Below, piece by piece: positions 13,184 through 26,388 of a DNA stretch of 64,000 bases. Every line of letters starts with the position of its first letter. Position 1 is the stretch's first letter. The notes under the pieces were generated by a model. The model saw only the letters and a list, made by a program, of their open reading frames with translations, searched no databases and was not told the origin of the DNA. Source of the stretch: a bacterium (GTDB lineage Bacteria; UBA8248); assembly GCA_965213685.1 (NCBI GenBank), contig CBDBZY010000041.1, positions 384,001 to 448,000 of the forward strand. Direction: 5' to 3'. The translations under genes were made by a program, and so were the position numbers.

Positions 13184-14071
13184 AGGTGAAACAAAAGCAC
13201 ATGGGGTGAAATTGCTGTGCATAACAAATTGACCGCACCTACACAATGGCGTCAGGGCTACAGAGAGTGTATAGTTTGACGTCAGGTTGACCGGCAGCTA
13301 GTAACTTATCAGGGGAATAATATTTCTGTAGTATTATCTCTGTCTTGTTTGTGGGTACTTGTTTGACGTCATTATTCCCGTTAGGGAGTGCCCGGAAACC
13401 AGACATTCCCTCAGCATTGTGATGCTTTCCTCACTTCTCCACTACTCCCAAGGGACTCATCTCACGCCACACTCTCCATGCTATCCAAGCAACTCCAACG
13501 GATACCTAATAAGGAAGTTAATGCTAGTCATGTTGGTTTGCATTTGTACCGGCACTACGAAACACTGTTTCCTACAAAATGTTTAATAGACTATTAGCTA
13601 TTGCGTATGAAGTACATCTTGGGTACTCAATGAACTATCTCATCATCTCAGCTGCACTCTGGAGACTCAGCCTCCACACACTATATCACTACACAGCAAT
13701 AGTCTGGCGGATATGATCCATCTCATTTTTGGGAAGCGAAGTCCACATTTACAAACATTAGGTATGCATGTTAGATTCCATTAATTTTAAACTGACAATT
13801 AAAAAATTGTGTGTAATTTCAACTATGATTTCAAAATTATTAATAATTATAGCAAAGTATCAAACAGAAGTCAGTTGATCATAAAGACCTACAATTCCAC
13901 CATCCTTACAACTTATGCTAACAACTATATAACATGAACACAACAGTTATAGAATGCTATAACATCATATTCCAATCATGCTCATCCACTCTTCATCTTT
14001 TGTGCAAATAGCATGTTATGCATCAATATTCATGTTACATTATCCTCACTTGAGTATATGCACACAATTAA

Positions 14072-14660
14072 CCCAACACCGATAGTGGACTTTTGGCAAC
14101 AATAACAGCTCCGCGAACTCGTCCGCTTAGCCCTGCGCACAAGCAGCGTGTAGGGGAGTGCCCTATAGCATTGGAATTGGCAGTCTTCAAAGAATTACAT
14201 CATGTTTGCAGTATGGGAATCGGACATTCACAGCGAGAGTTGCGTTCCGTGAAAGAAGCCATACAATCATGCGTGCGCCAGACGGCCGTCACTCGCGTAA
14301 GAGAACGAACTTCAACGAGTATCTACACGCTCTACAGGTACAGGTAGCTACGTGGAGTCCATAGATACGGTGTTAGCCTTGGAAAACTACGCAGTGTAGG
14401 TAAAAGCTACAAAAACCTACGTGTAGTGTCGAACGGGCGAACCGCGAAGTAGGTCGCTATGACGCTGCGCACTGCTTAGCTTGCTTCGTCTGATGGCTTT
14501 ATAGCTGGCGTGTTGAATGCACAGTGGATAGAGATAGTCCTTAGGGACTTAGAAATGTACAGGGAAAGCACCTGTTTTGAATTCTAGGTCAAAGTCTTGT
14601 GCATAACAACATGACCGCCATGTTATTAAAATTGTCTAAATGAATTCCGCTGTTAATGGG
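14072..14660. mobile_element. piggyBac-like non-autonomous insertion
   Basis: TTAA|CCC ... GGG|TTAA ends; absent from the paralogous site near 11600. TIR similarity beyond the terminal bases is weak. Confidence 0.55.
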
Positions 14661-15296
14661 TTAAGTTTATTACACATTTTTGCAATAACAAGCAACGTGT
14701 GGGTTATGCACTTTCCAAGAGTGCTTTTCATTGCTTTTCATTCATAATGAAGTTTAATTAGTGATATGCAGGTGGCATAGTTGAAATTATATAATACACC
14801 TAGAGTACGGTTCCTCCATAACTAAGTCTGTGTGCAAAGTTCTAACCAGCCCCCCCCCCCAACTAACTCAGTGTGCCCTGGGCCCTGGCCCTAGCCCCAT
14901 CAAATGACCAAACATCAACCTCATCCCATCAAATGACCAAGGTTAGTGAGCAAATCTGCCCTCGATCAATCGGGTACTGGTATTGCTAGTATCTCAGACT
15001 ATAGTCTTGTTCCAGGTCTTGGTGCAGCTAAGTGAGTACAGTTGCACTATATACATGTAGCTATAGGCAAACAATGAATGTCCACCACATGAACATCCGC
15101 TCAAAATTATGCAACTTCCATGATTCAAGATAGATAATGGCTTTGTACTTGTACATACATGTAGCTATAGAGGCAAACAATTTGAATGATTAACACATCC
15201 ACCTGAAAATTGTATAACTTCCACAAAATTAATCGTGATAATATGCATGTAATTATTATACAAATTGTTCTCCAGTCCAGTGGTTAAACACAAAGC

Positions 15297-15356
15297 TTAT
15301 CCCAGACAGAGGCAGCTCACCAGGCGGAGGAGGAGGGTGGATAGGGAGTACATGCC
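15297..15356 (-). pseudogene. Degenerate copy of the P2X-like TM2 exon (GMYSLSTLLLRLVSCLCLG*)
   Basis: Same ccctcag acceptor after a CT tract; similar to GLFSLPTLLLHLV at 32881; shares downstream 'acaaattgttctccagtccagtgg' with 32563. Confidence 0.55.
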
Positions 15357-15676
15357 TGAGGGAGGGGAGGAGAGAGGGAGAGAGGGAGGGAGGGAGGGAG
15401 GGAGGGAGAGAGAGAGGGAGAGAAGGAGGGAGGGAAGGGAGAGAAGGAGAAACAGGGAAAGGAAAGAGGGAGGAAGGCAATGAGGGAGGAAAGGAAGGAG
15501 GGAGGGAGGAGAGAGTGGGAGGGAAGGAAGGAGGGAGAGGGAGAGAGCGAGGGAGGTATATAGGAGATGGCAAACTAGGAGGAAGGGGGATGGTATGATA
15601 CGAAATGTACACGGCATGTTTGGCACGGAAACAGAGGAGGTGTTTGTGAGAATAATATGGCATGGTGGTCATTCAC

Positions 15677-16330
15677 CTTGTGTTCTCCAGGTTTCTAAGA
15701 CTCACAAAAGACAACCTCATCCCCAACCCAACAGCATCTGCAACAGATGAGAGCATAACATATCATGTCAGGAGTGTATGAGCCACCTAAAGAGTGGCGA
15801 AGGAGCATAAAAGTGCAGTTTATCAAAACCTAATGTGCCGCTGCAGTCATAGTTGAACTGCCGTGGGGCCACTGGCTGGCCTCCAACAACGTGCATATTA
15901 GGAAGTTATGATCCACATAGCGGTGTGGTGATATTATATAAGGTATACGCTCCTTTGCTGCCCTTTGGGTGGCTCATATGTTCCTGAATGTGTACATGTG
16001 TACACTGTACATGTACATGTACACAAACATTGGAGTAGAGTAGAAACTGAGCGGTGCATTGCATCCCCTGGTACTACTTTGAACCATGTGGCATCAGCAT
16101 ATGAATGTACAAGGTACTTACATGTACATGTACGTAGAATGCTCTGAACACGTTATCCCATGTACAGGTACATGTATGTAGGTCACCTAATGTACTTGTA
16201 TTATTTTGGAAGTGTTGGAGTTTCCAGTACATGTACATGTATAGTATGCGTGTGTGTGTAGGGCAGCACAGAGTATGTGTGTAGGGCAGCACAGTGTCCA
16301 AAGCAGTCGTCTGGTCCTCCTCATTGTCTG
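15677..16330 (-). pseudogene. CTR9: Two degenerate CTR9-like exons (DNEEDQTTALDT at ~16330-16290; DAVGLGMRLSFVSLRNLENTR at ~15737-15677)
   Basis: Resemble CTR9 'DHEKDQMTCLDTL' and the paralogous exon GAVRLGMGLCFVKLGNLQKAR at 40666-40606, with the same ag|gtgaa donor. Confidence 0.6.
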
Positions 16331-17989
16331 CATACAGTAGCATGCATCTGAAATGAGGTGGAAAGAGGGGGAGGGGGAGGGGCATAGAGGGAGCAAGTAA
16401 AGTATAGAGAAGAGGAGGGAGGGAGGGAGAAAACCAGGCGCAGAACAACAAGTGTGCGGCCACACAAGTGTACATGTATTTATGCTACATGTACTGTACA
16501 TGTACAGAAGTCTAACCACATGTAACATACAATAGCATACAATAGCATACATGTACATCTGCAATGAGATGGAAAGGGGGGAGGGTAGCAGGGGAAGGAA
16601 AGAGGAGGGAGGAAGAGATCCAGGCACACAACATGTGTGCACTAGCAACTGGCCCACATGTCATGTGTACTTATGCTACCTGTACATGCTGAAGCTGGAA
16701 GTGTGTAGACATACACATTACATTGTATATATATTTTTCTAAGCCTTTGAGGCTGCTGTAAATTGTTCGTACATATCGTGATATTGTACATTTCGGACAT
16801 ACACACAAATGTAACTAATGGTTAATGGGTTAACAAGGAACAGTACAAGTGGGAGGTTGGGGAGAGGGAGGAGGAAAAGGGAAGAACGAGACATTGAGGG
16901 GGTGATGGAGAAGGAGCAACAGCAAAACCACTACCTGAGGGAGGGGCAGGAGATGGAGAGGAAAGGAGGGAGGGGAGGCAGGAGGGAGTGGCTAGTGTGC
17001 ATGATCAGTCCTAGAGACAAGGCAATGCAAGGCTACCACTCTCAGGAACAGGGAAAAAGTGAGATGCCTCACGCAGGACTCAAAACTGCAGCATACATGT
17101 ATGTACATATGTACATACTCAGATGCCGTGGTAGCTTAGTGAATAAAGCACAGTGACATGAAAAGGAATGTTGGGAGTACGTACGTGTACATGGGATCAC
17201 AGTGTGGAGAAGGAGGAAGAGGAGAAGGAGGAGGAGAAGGAGGTGGAGAGGGAGGAGGAGGAGGAGGACTGTGCCTGACCAATTCGTATGACCAGGCAGG
17301 CAAGGTACCATTTCTCGGTCTGCACGTCAGATGAATCCAGGTCCGTGCAAAGGTCTTCTCACGGTCTGGTGGCAGACAGTGCTGGGAGGTGGCAATCATG
17401 TGGCACTCACTGCTCGTGGGGAGAGGGAGGGAGGGAGGGAGGGAGGGAGGGAGGGAGTGTTGGAAGAGCATGTCCAAACATACAGTGCCATACATGGATA
17501 TACATGTACATGTACTGTACATGTACACTGTCCCATGTGTATATTTATACATGTACATGTATTTGAAACAGGAGAGGCAGAGGGACAGGGAGATGAAGGG
17601 AGAAGGGAAGGGGATTGAGATGTACAGTGTAGAGGGTAGGAGGTGTGGATGAATAGAGGATGGATCGAGGGAGGGAGGGGGAGGGAAGGAGAGGATGGAT
17701 GAGGGGGGGGAGGGGGAGGGAGGGGGAGGGAGGGAAGGAGAGGGAGGAGGGAAGAGAGGCATGGAACTTGAGCAGCAGCACAAGCCTTACATGGAAGTGG
17801 AGGGGGTGCACTGTACAGTAGAGGGGAATACTGTGCCAGTAACACAATAGCACACATCACTGGACACCCACCAGCCTCACATGCACACAACACAATGCAC
17901 TACCGCACTGCCCCACCCTCACCACACTATAACAGCACTACAACTGCACTGCTATAGCACTGCACTGAACACACATGGGAGGCAGGAGG

Positions 17990-18168
17990 GAGTGGCTAGT
18001 GTGCATGATCAGTCCTAGAGACAAGGCAGCGCAAGGGACCACACCTGGGAACAGCTGCTGCTTTTTCCAGAGGAAAAGAGGTGCCTCAAGCGGACTCAAC
18101 CTCCCAACACACTGCGTACTAGGCACATGCTCTACCAGCTGAGCTACCGAGGCAGCCCAGCTGGGCAG
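17990..18168 (-). mobile_element. tRNA-derived SINE remnant
   Basis: A-box-like ggtagctcagctggtagagc and degenerate B box ggttgagtcc; tail 'gccttgtctctaggactgatcatgcacac' is shared with ~16990-17060. Confidence 0.6.
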
Positions 18169-18506
18169 GTACATGTACAGGCACTGTGAACTATATAAAT
18201 TGTTGTGTAATGACCTTACGATGTGTGCTCTTTTCTATCAAACTCCTTGTAAGTACACCTACTGAGTTTTTTGTAATATGATCAGTCAGCACTCACCACC
18301 CATACCTTTCTAACATCCTACTGCACTTCCATTCACTTGTATAGCTTTCTTTCATGTGATGATCAAATAGCACAGGGACACCTGTACTAATACACATGAT
18401 AGATACATATGTAGCTACAAACATGGTTTTAGGCTACGCTAACACAGGAGTTGCACAAATAATGATTCAAAAGCAAAACCACAAAGCAAAATAAACAATT
18501 CTCCAA

Positions 18507-19350
18507 TTAAAGCAGCTTGAAGAATTTTGCCAGAGCGAGATCTTCTTCTATAATTTTGTTGCGCCAGAAATTTCTAACTAACTCAACTCTCTCCTCCAGT
18601 TTGCTTTTCATCTTCCTCTTTTCAGTCTGGCGTGCCTCTGCAATATTTCTATAATGTCGAGCTAGTGTTGGAGCTTTATTCCTCTCCTTTCTAGTTCTTT
18701 CCTGCACCGTACCGCAGGTACTGTTGCTGACTTTCTGTTGCAGCTGCAGCCAGGTTTGTTTTCAGAGACTGAGTCACAACAGCATCAAGCAATAGTGGTG
18801 CAGTATCAGAGTCATTTTCCATATTTGGTCTTTGAGCATATAACACTGCTTTACAATCCTGCTTGCCTCAATATTGCGACAAAGAGTTTCATTAGTTCTT
18901 GCTTCTCTAATTCTTGCATACTGTAGTTCTTGATCCTCATTTCTCTTCTTCCTTTCCTCTATTTCTTGCAGGTGAACCACACTAAATTTCACAGTACATT
19001 CATGTTCAACCTCTGCCTTGAGGGACTGATTCTCCTGTGTCAGTTGTTGATTCTCCAGGACCAGTTGTGTGTTTTCTTCTCCACTGATGCAATCTGATCA
19101 TTCTTCTCCTGTTCTTTTGACTGCATTTCTTGCAGGTGAACCACACTAAATTTCACAGTATGTTCATGTCAGCGTTGTTTTATGCCATCCAAAGTACCAG
19201 ACTGCCAACTCTCCTTTTTAGATTTGTGTTTATTTAAATGATAATGCTTTTGCCTATCTTTCTTTATTTGCAATGAACGATGTCTTCTGTGTGTCTGTAG
19301 AGAAATAATTATATCTATGTTAATAGTTACTGCAGATATGAGGTTAGACA
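18507..19350 (-). pseudogene. Disrupted coiled-coil protein gene, probably a transposon accessory gene
   Basis: Fragments IEERKKRNEDQELQ.. and LARHYRNIAE..KLEERVELVRNFWRNKIIE lie in different frames; divergent from the gene at 20676. Confidence 0.45.
19004..19130 (-). repeat. 127-bp copy of the kinase coiled-coil tail (24950-25077) inside a 45-bp direct repeat
   Basis: Only a few mismatches to 24950-25077; flanked by the duplicated host segment atttcttgcaggtgaaccacactaaatttcacagta..ttcatgt (18961-19005, 19125-19169). Confidence 0.9.
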
Positions 19351-19713
19351 TATGTAACTATACACATATATACTGCCTGCTGAATGCTGCCAAGTGGCAG
19401 GCCTCAAATCAGAAATGTGAATACACACATATTTTGGGCTGACCCTTTTGTGTGTTGTTGTAGTACTATTAGTAGATCATAGGCTATTATTAGGTTGTGC
19501 TATTTTTGTATATTCCTATTTAGGTGTACTATATTTGTTGTAGTCTGGAAGTCTGCTGATTTAATACCAGTGTTTACAGTGTCACCTCAGAAATTGCTAT
19601 CTTGTGGTTTGCATGCAGAGTACTGGTTTCCTGTTTGACTACTCAGCTGCATTTGACAGGCTACTGATGAACTTGTATAAACATTTTAAAAGTACACAAA
19701 ACTGTGCCACATG

Positions 19714-20110
<397 letters not shown>

Positions 20111-20675
20111 ATGTCATATCAGGGGCTTACACGTACAAACACCATACACCCTTGTGTGAGATATAGACACTCATCATGTATAATCCATTTACATGGTTGT
20201 AGAAAACAATACCTTAAAAGTGGAATGAAAATTGAGGTTCGTTTCACTTGAGCCACACTGTTACATCTTCGAGGTGTTTCAGTATCACAAGCAGGGAAAC
20301 TTGATGATGATGGAGTGTCAGAAGGGGTGATAGGCCATGTTTTTGAATAAATATCCTGTATAAACATATACATCACCAGGATGAGAGAGAAAGATTAAGT
20401 GTGAAATGGACGGAGGCAGAGATTAGAGCAAAACAGGCTGGCATATATATAGAAAAAGCTCACCACAAGTGCTTTTCCTCCATCAAAAGTAATGCGACAG
20501 CTCTTGGGGAGGCGTCATTCATCATAGACTAGTGCGAGTATCCCACGCTATTCAGCATGTGCATGCGTAGTTGCGTCTTCATCGTACTATTAAACAGCTC
20601 CTCGTGAGTGTTTGTGGTTGCAGTTGCTACCGAGTCCAGTTACATTGCTTTTTCAGTGTGTACCATCCTTCAAAA

Positions 20676-22315
20676 TGGCATCTGGCAACGTTTATGGGAG
20701 AGGAGCTATGTTCACTTCAGGATCCGGTTCAAATGGAGGTGACGGAAGCGATGGAGGATTTGCATGTTCTATACCTACAGTACGCCTCGTTCACATTTAG
20801 TGCAGCCACCCAATCATGAACTAGCTAGATTGAACCAGAATTAGATCAAATGTTCGTGGTAATAACAGAGCAAAAGTCGGCGATAGAGAAAGGTAAGGTG
20901 TGGATGTTATTGGTAAATCAAAACTGCTATATTATAGAATTCCGCCATTTTCTAGATATACAAAAAGTGCTGATTTCAAGCAACAAGTTCAGACATTAGG
21001 GAGAACATGAGTGAAGTCAGAGCATCAATGAAATGACTTCAAGAGTCAAAAAGAGGTCATATACCCAAGGACTTATCTGTAAGGGCATTTTATATACAAC
21101 TTGTTTTGTCCGCTGCAGTTTACAGTTTCCTTTGTTTTGCAGAGGTGTGTAAAAGACGTCCACTCTAATCTAAGTAAGGAAGAACAGTTCAAAGGTTCTG
21201 AATCGTAAGTTTACTAATTGTGATTGGTGTATGCTTTCAGCAACTATCTGCTTTCTTATAGCTATACCAGCACACACAATGCTCAAGTGAAAGAGACTAT
21301 AATGAGTGATATGAAAGTGAAGTTTATGGGCACATACTCACCTGTTAGAATCAAGAGTAAGGATCACATGAAATGTTATATGTAAAATATGTCTGTTACT
21401 AGCTTAGTTCCAAAGGTCTGTGTTTAAGTATTTCCTCATGCCACTGTTATGTGCTAATTGGCTGTACTTCAATTACTACCTAGAGAGCACATCCTGTTTG
21501 AACAATCTTGTTGATAACGCTTCCTCTTAGCTGTGTTACTACAGTAAAAGGATCTCTTGCATACAAAATTTTGGAGCTAAACAGGTCAGATGTTTATGTA
21601 CATCATCAATGCATTATTCCTTGTACCTGCAGGATCCATCCATCGGTGTTACGAAAGTCGTAGAAGACTATTCAATAATCAACAACCTAATCACCTAGAA
21701 AAGACCAAACTTACCAGAAGTACAAAAACAGCAAACCAAAAAAAGGTTTGCAACAAAATTATACGTCTTAATTTCTCCCTTCTCTTTATTGAATGCACAA
21801 AAATGCATCATTCACATGCGTGTGTGTGCAGACACACACACACACACAGCTGTACAGCAGACGAAAAAGTTTCCTCAAGAGGGAAGAGGAAATAAAGAAA
21901 TGGTCTGAGGTAGGTCCAGCCTACATGACAGAGGAGAGTGAAGCTGAGGGAGATACCATTCAATAGCATCCTCTCAAGTGGCGGTCTGAAGGTATGTCAT
22001 TTTCTTTTATCTCTCATCTCTCCTTACTTTTTCTTTTTCTGCGGAACTGAGCAAATGGTCCAAAGGATTGATCATAGAATTGCAAAAGCACCACTGCATG
22101 GAACAATACAGCTGAAGAGGAGGGAGCGTTCTGTGTGGTCCGACTCTGGCCCACCCACAACTTTTCCGAATTGGGCAGTAGATCCTGCCTATCAGAGACG
22201 ATCTACAGTCCTGATTCCATGTAATGAAAGTTTGTCATCTGGCCAAATATTACAGCTCAGTGATTCAGAATCACAGACCACATCAACCCAGGACTCTGAC
22301 TGTAGTAGTGATTAG
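20676..22315 (+). pseudogene. Multi-exon C14orf93-like gene (probably a DNA-transposon accessory protein) with in-frame stops
   Basis: Small GT-AG exons encode ..IPKDLS, YTSTHNAQVKETI, IHRCYESRRRLF, WSEVGPAYMTEESEAE..HPLKWRSE and RIDHRI..SDSGPPTTFPNWAV. The YM(T/S)EES..WRS..P.WAV pattern recalls this family (recognised from memory). Confidence 0.5.
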
Positions 22316-23127
22316 GCTAAGTATTGCATTGTGTTAGATTTGAATTCAAGTTTCTATTTATATTTATTTCGATAATTAAAGAGACCCCCAAGTATATAGT
22401 GTGGTTCTAGTATAAGTGCTCACTAAACAGCATACTGTGTATGCCCATGAAGGTTTTGTCACGATGTGGTGGACGGCACCGTCCTGTATTGCCTGTGGAC
22501 AGGAAGCAGATACCGCTTACACGTCAATGGCGGGCACCGTAAAAATCCCGTATAAATGTTCCCAATACGGACTAATACAAGGTCTGTCCAGAGCTCCGCG
22601 AACGCTGCGATTTACCCCACCTCAAGTTTTATGACAGAATTCATTTGCCATCAGTACGGTATCTGCAATCCGGTACTACACTTCCTGTGAAGAATAACAT
22701 AATATTATATGCACCAACACTTCATTATGAAAAATGTGATTACAATTGCAGTATACAAAGTTTTCCACTAACCTCCTGTTACATGCTGTATACATGTAAA
22801 CCAGATGCTTATAGGTGATATTTTCACAAACGTTTGGGTATAATTAACCCAACACACATAATAGCAGGTTGTATAGTGTGCGCATGCTTTCTTTACTATA
22901 GTAGTGTTAGAAAAATGTATATAATTATGTACATGTAAACCACAATGAACGTTCCACAAATTTGGGGGTGTAAGCCAACACTGCACACATAATAGCAGGT
23001 TGTAGGAGTGAAGTAACATGTATTGCATAGCAGCATACACAAATTATTAAATGTAAAATCAAATCACTAGTGGTAGTTCACATGACATTGTACAGTTGTG
23101 CATAGTGAGGTGTTATCAGAGAAACAA

Positions 23128-24017
23128 TCAGTGTTGCTCTAATGATCCTACCCACACTTGCTGGGAATACCCCCAAACATCCTCCCCTCCAGCTGCAAGC
23201 AGTTCACCAGAGGGGAGTACTGCACAAGAGGGAGCCCACATTCCCACAGGAAGCTCTCCACACCTGCTCCATTTTTTCCCTTCTGCTTCATATCTGTAGA
23301 GCTCCTTTCTTTTCCCCCACCCTCCTACCAGTAGCAAGTGGTTCTGCAAGGCTAAGAGTGTGGGGCCACGTACTGGAGGGGATGGCAGTTCCTGCCATGT
23401 TGGGCCAGTGGTGGTATTGCGAGTTGCATTTGATATGAGGGTGGGGAGGTGGGCAGAGAACATGTGAGGCCGACCACCACTCCAGTGATATGATGAGATG
23501 TATACGTAATCACTAATGATGACTGCTGTCATGCGGTGACCCCCCATAGGCAGTGGCTGTGCACTGTACCACTGGTGAGTGGAGCAGTCCAGGACTTCTA
23601 CTGTGTCCTTGTTGGGGTACCCACATGCCACAATGAGGTATTGCTGGTAGCCCACAGCAGCTGACCATGCTCTACCATTTGGCATTCTTGGGTAGTGCTG
23701 AGTATTCCAGCGGTGACCGTCACTGTCCCATGATTGGATAGCAGTGCTGCCTTCCTCACCACCAGCTAGTAATAGCTGGTCCTTGACTGATGCCATGGCA
23801 AACCAGTGGTCAGTGCTCTTTGGCAGCTGAGACCACTCACCAGTGGTAGAGTTGTATTGCACTATGACATACTCATTGCTGCCCTCCTTAGCAAACCCAC
23901 CTCCAATGTGGACATGTCCTTCAGTAATACAGTTTGGGCACACAAGACTCCAAAGGGCAAGTCCTTTCCTCTCCTCCATTTGAGTGGGAGGGGCCATCTC
24001 AGTGGCTGGACCTGGGG
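23128..24017 (-). pseudogene. Proximal Kelch beta-propeller terminal exon with a 1-bp frameshift near 23918
   Basis: Acceptor ttatag; 890 nt is not a multiple of 3. 'gtccttcag' here versus 'gtcccttcag' in the paralog at 2002-2011. Kelch repeats are otherwise open. Could be a homopolymer sequencing error. Confidence 0.75.
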
Positions 24018-24459
24018 CTATAATGAGGTGAATGATGGCAGGGAGGGAGAGAGGGAGGGAGGGAGGGAGGAGGGAGGAGGGAGAGAGGAGGGAGAGGAGA
24101 TAGGGAGAGAGGAAGAGGGAGAGGCGTAAATGAGAGGAGGGGGTATAGGGGAGGTAGAGACACCAGGGGAGGGGAGGGAAGGAGAGGGGAGGGGGAGGGG
24201 AAAGGGAGGGGGAGGGGGAGGGGAAGGGGGTGGGGGAAGGGGGGGGGAGAGGAAGGGGAGAGGGGGAGGGGAGGGGAGGCGGGGAGGGGGAAGGGGAGGA
24301 GGGGAGGGGGAAAGGGAGGGAGGGGGAAGGGGAGGGGAAGAGGGGGAGGAGGGAGGGAGGGATGAGAGGAGGGGTGGGAGGGATGGGTGGAGGGGAGGGT
24401 GGAATGAGGAGGAATGGAGGGTGAGAGGGCGGGAAGAGGACAGAATAACCACAGCTCAC

Positions 24460-24728
24460 AGATTTTGGTTTGGTTGGAGATGTCTTGTATACTGCAGAAT
24501 TCTTGGTTGTCTGCAAAGAAAGGAAAGAGATCGAGGTGGAGTGAGGCAGGCAAGAATAGAGAATGCTAATCTGCTTTGTCCTCCTTTCCTCTCTTCCTTG
24601 CTTTGTTCTTTTTTGCTTCCCCTCACTATCATTTGCACTTGGAGCATTACCTGCACATCAGCTTGCAGTGGTCCTTGAGGGATCATCTGAGAGTGACCTT
24701 TTGGGCTGGGACTGAGCCTAGGGGGAGT
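24460..24728 (-). CDS. Two phase-0 linker exons of the kinase-Kelch gene (24728-24651; 24510-24460)
   Basis: ctcctccag|78 nt TPPRLSPSPKGHSQMIPQGPLQADVQ|gtaatg and ctttgcag|51 nt TTKNSAVYKTSPTKPKS|gtgagc. Confidence 0.6.
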
Positions 24729-24929
24729 CTGGAGGAGACAGGTTTGCTGTGTTTAGTTCATGACAAGAGATTACTAATCACTACAACAACTTTGTGATAT
24801 GCACCAATCCTATCAGTTTCCTGCAAAGAATCATTACTGAGAACTCTATTACTAGAGTCAGTAGCATGATAACCAGTACATGAATTGATCTCCTCTACTT
24901 ATAAAAATCATGCATATAACAATACTCAC

Positions 24930-26087
24930 CAACACTTGCTTGCTCAGCCGTTCAACCTCTGCCTTGAGGGACTGATTCTCCTGTGTCAGTTGTTGATTCT
25001 CCATGACCAGTTGTGTGTTTTTCTTCACCACTGATGCAATCTGATCATTCTTCTCCTGTTCTTTTGACTCCATTTCTCGTTGCAGTGTTCCAATGTGCTG
25101 GTTCTTGTGTGACTCAATCTGCTGGCTTTGTTTCTTCACTGTCTGCACCAACACCAACCTGTCCATGTGGCATTCTGCATCATCGATCTCACCCCTGGCC
25201 TGCTCCAGTAGCTGCACCACCTGATGGATTGAGGGCCGATCCTCTGGAAAGCTTTTGAGGCATCGCTTGATCATCTGCACAAGAGGATGGTCATCACAGA
25301 ACTGGCTGTAGATCTTTTGCATGTACTCCGCTCGCCGCTCCAGCTCATCTCGAAAAACATGCCTTCGGTGCTCATCTCGGTACACTTGTGCCAGAACCTT
25401 ATGGGGGAAGCGTTGTGTGAGGGTGAAAATGGCCACCACACCCAGCGAGAAGATGTCGATCGTCATGTCGTATCGAGACTCGTCTTCCAGTGCCTCTGGG
25501 GGCATGTAGATAGACGCACCAGGTGCTTTGGTCATGGTGGCTACCGTCAGGCTGGGGACAATCCTAGCCATCCCAAGGTCCGCAATTTTGGCTGTCATGG
25601 CGGAGTTAAGGAGAACGTTCCTCGCTGAGAGATCGCGATGGATCAACGGCGGAGAACGGCTGTGCAGGTAGCAGAGACCTTGAGCGACGTCGTAGAGGAA
25701 CGAGTGCTTGAGGCTCAGGGGAATATCGGGCCGAGTCTCCAGCAGGTCGTGGAGGCTGGTCAGCAGTCGCTCCATCACCAGCGCAGGAAGCCGCGAGTCC
25801 GGCAGCACGCAGATGCCGAGAAAGAGGACGATGTGTGGGTGGCGGAGGGTGCTCATGAGTCGGCACTCCTCAACGAACTGGCCTGCCGCCCTCTCCATCT
25901 CAGCCTGCGGTATTTCGGAGCGGTCTTGGAAGATGTCGTGGATCTTCTTGATGGCGCAGACCGCTCCAGGTATCTCCCCCTCCTCCACGCTGCCGTAGGC
26001 TCCTGAGCCGATTCTTGTGCCGGTTAGTCGCACGTTTTGGAGCTGAAACGCCCTCAGCTCGGGGTAATCGCGAAGGAGATTCGCCAT
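24930..26087 (-). CDS. Protein kinase (TKL-like) plus coiled coil; exon 1 of a kinase-coiled coil-Kelch protein
   Basis: GSGAYG, CAIKK, EEC, HRDLSARNVLL, KIADLG, YMPPE and DIFSLG motifs; heptad-rich tail; 1158 nt open to a phase-0 gtgagt donor; ataattattATG start context. Confidence 0.93.
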
Positions 26088-26388
26088 AATAATTGTCGAA
26101 CGCTCTCTGTGAGAAAATGAACAAACAAGGGCTAGTGGTTTATTCTAGTCACGTGAGGAGTGAATACCAATAATTATGTTATAAATACCGATATCCAGGT
26201 AACCGCGTGGATATTGTCGTATGTATCACTGTGATATTCGTGTTCGTGTCACGGCTTTACAGCGCAGCGCTAGAGCCACACGTATTTCCGTGCACGCATG
26301 CGCGTCGTCTCATGGTGGTCCACTGAGGAGGTTCGTATGTAGATGTTATGGAACTGCAGCAGTTCACTAGGGATTAGCCTGCATGAAC

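Larger units (their letters stand above)
12636..14692. repeat. Local segmental duplication, copy 2 (paralog 8727-11630)
   Basis: Colinear with copy 1; lacks the 9613-10859 insertion and carries the 13048-13183 and 14072-14660 insertions. Confidence 0.85.

Noticed and set aside
17305-17412. Minus-strand exon-like segment after a CT tract (..PDREKTFARTWIHLTCRPRN)
   Set aside because: Splice-like context but no recognisable homology in any frame; left uncalled.
23128-24516. 462-aa single-exon Pro-rich Kelch protein as given in the ORF track
   Set aside because: The ORF reads through an intron CT tract, and its 'APGPATEMAPP' part is the wrong frame caused by the 1-bp deletion relative to the paralog.
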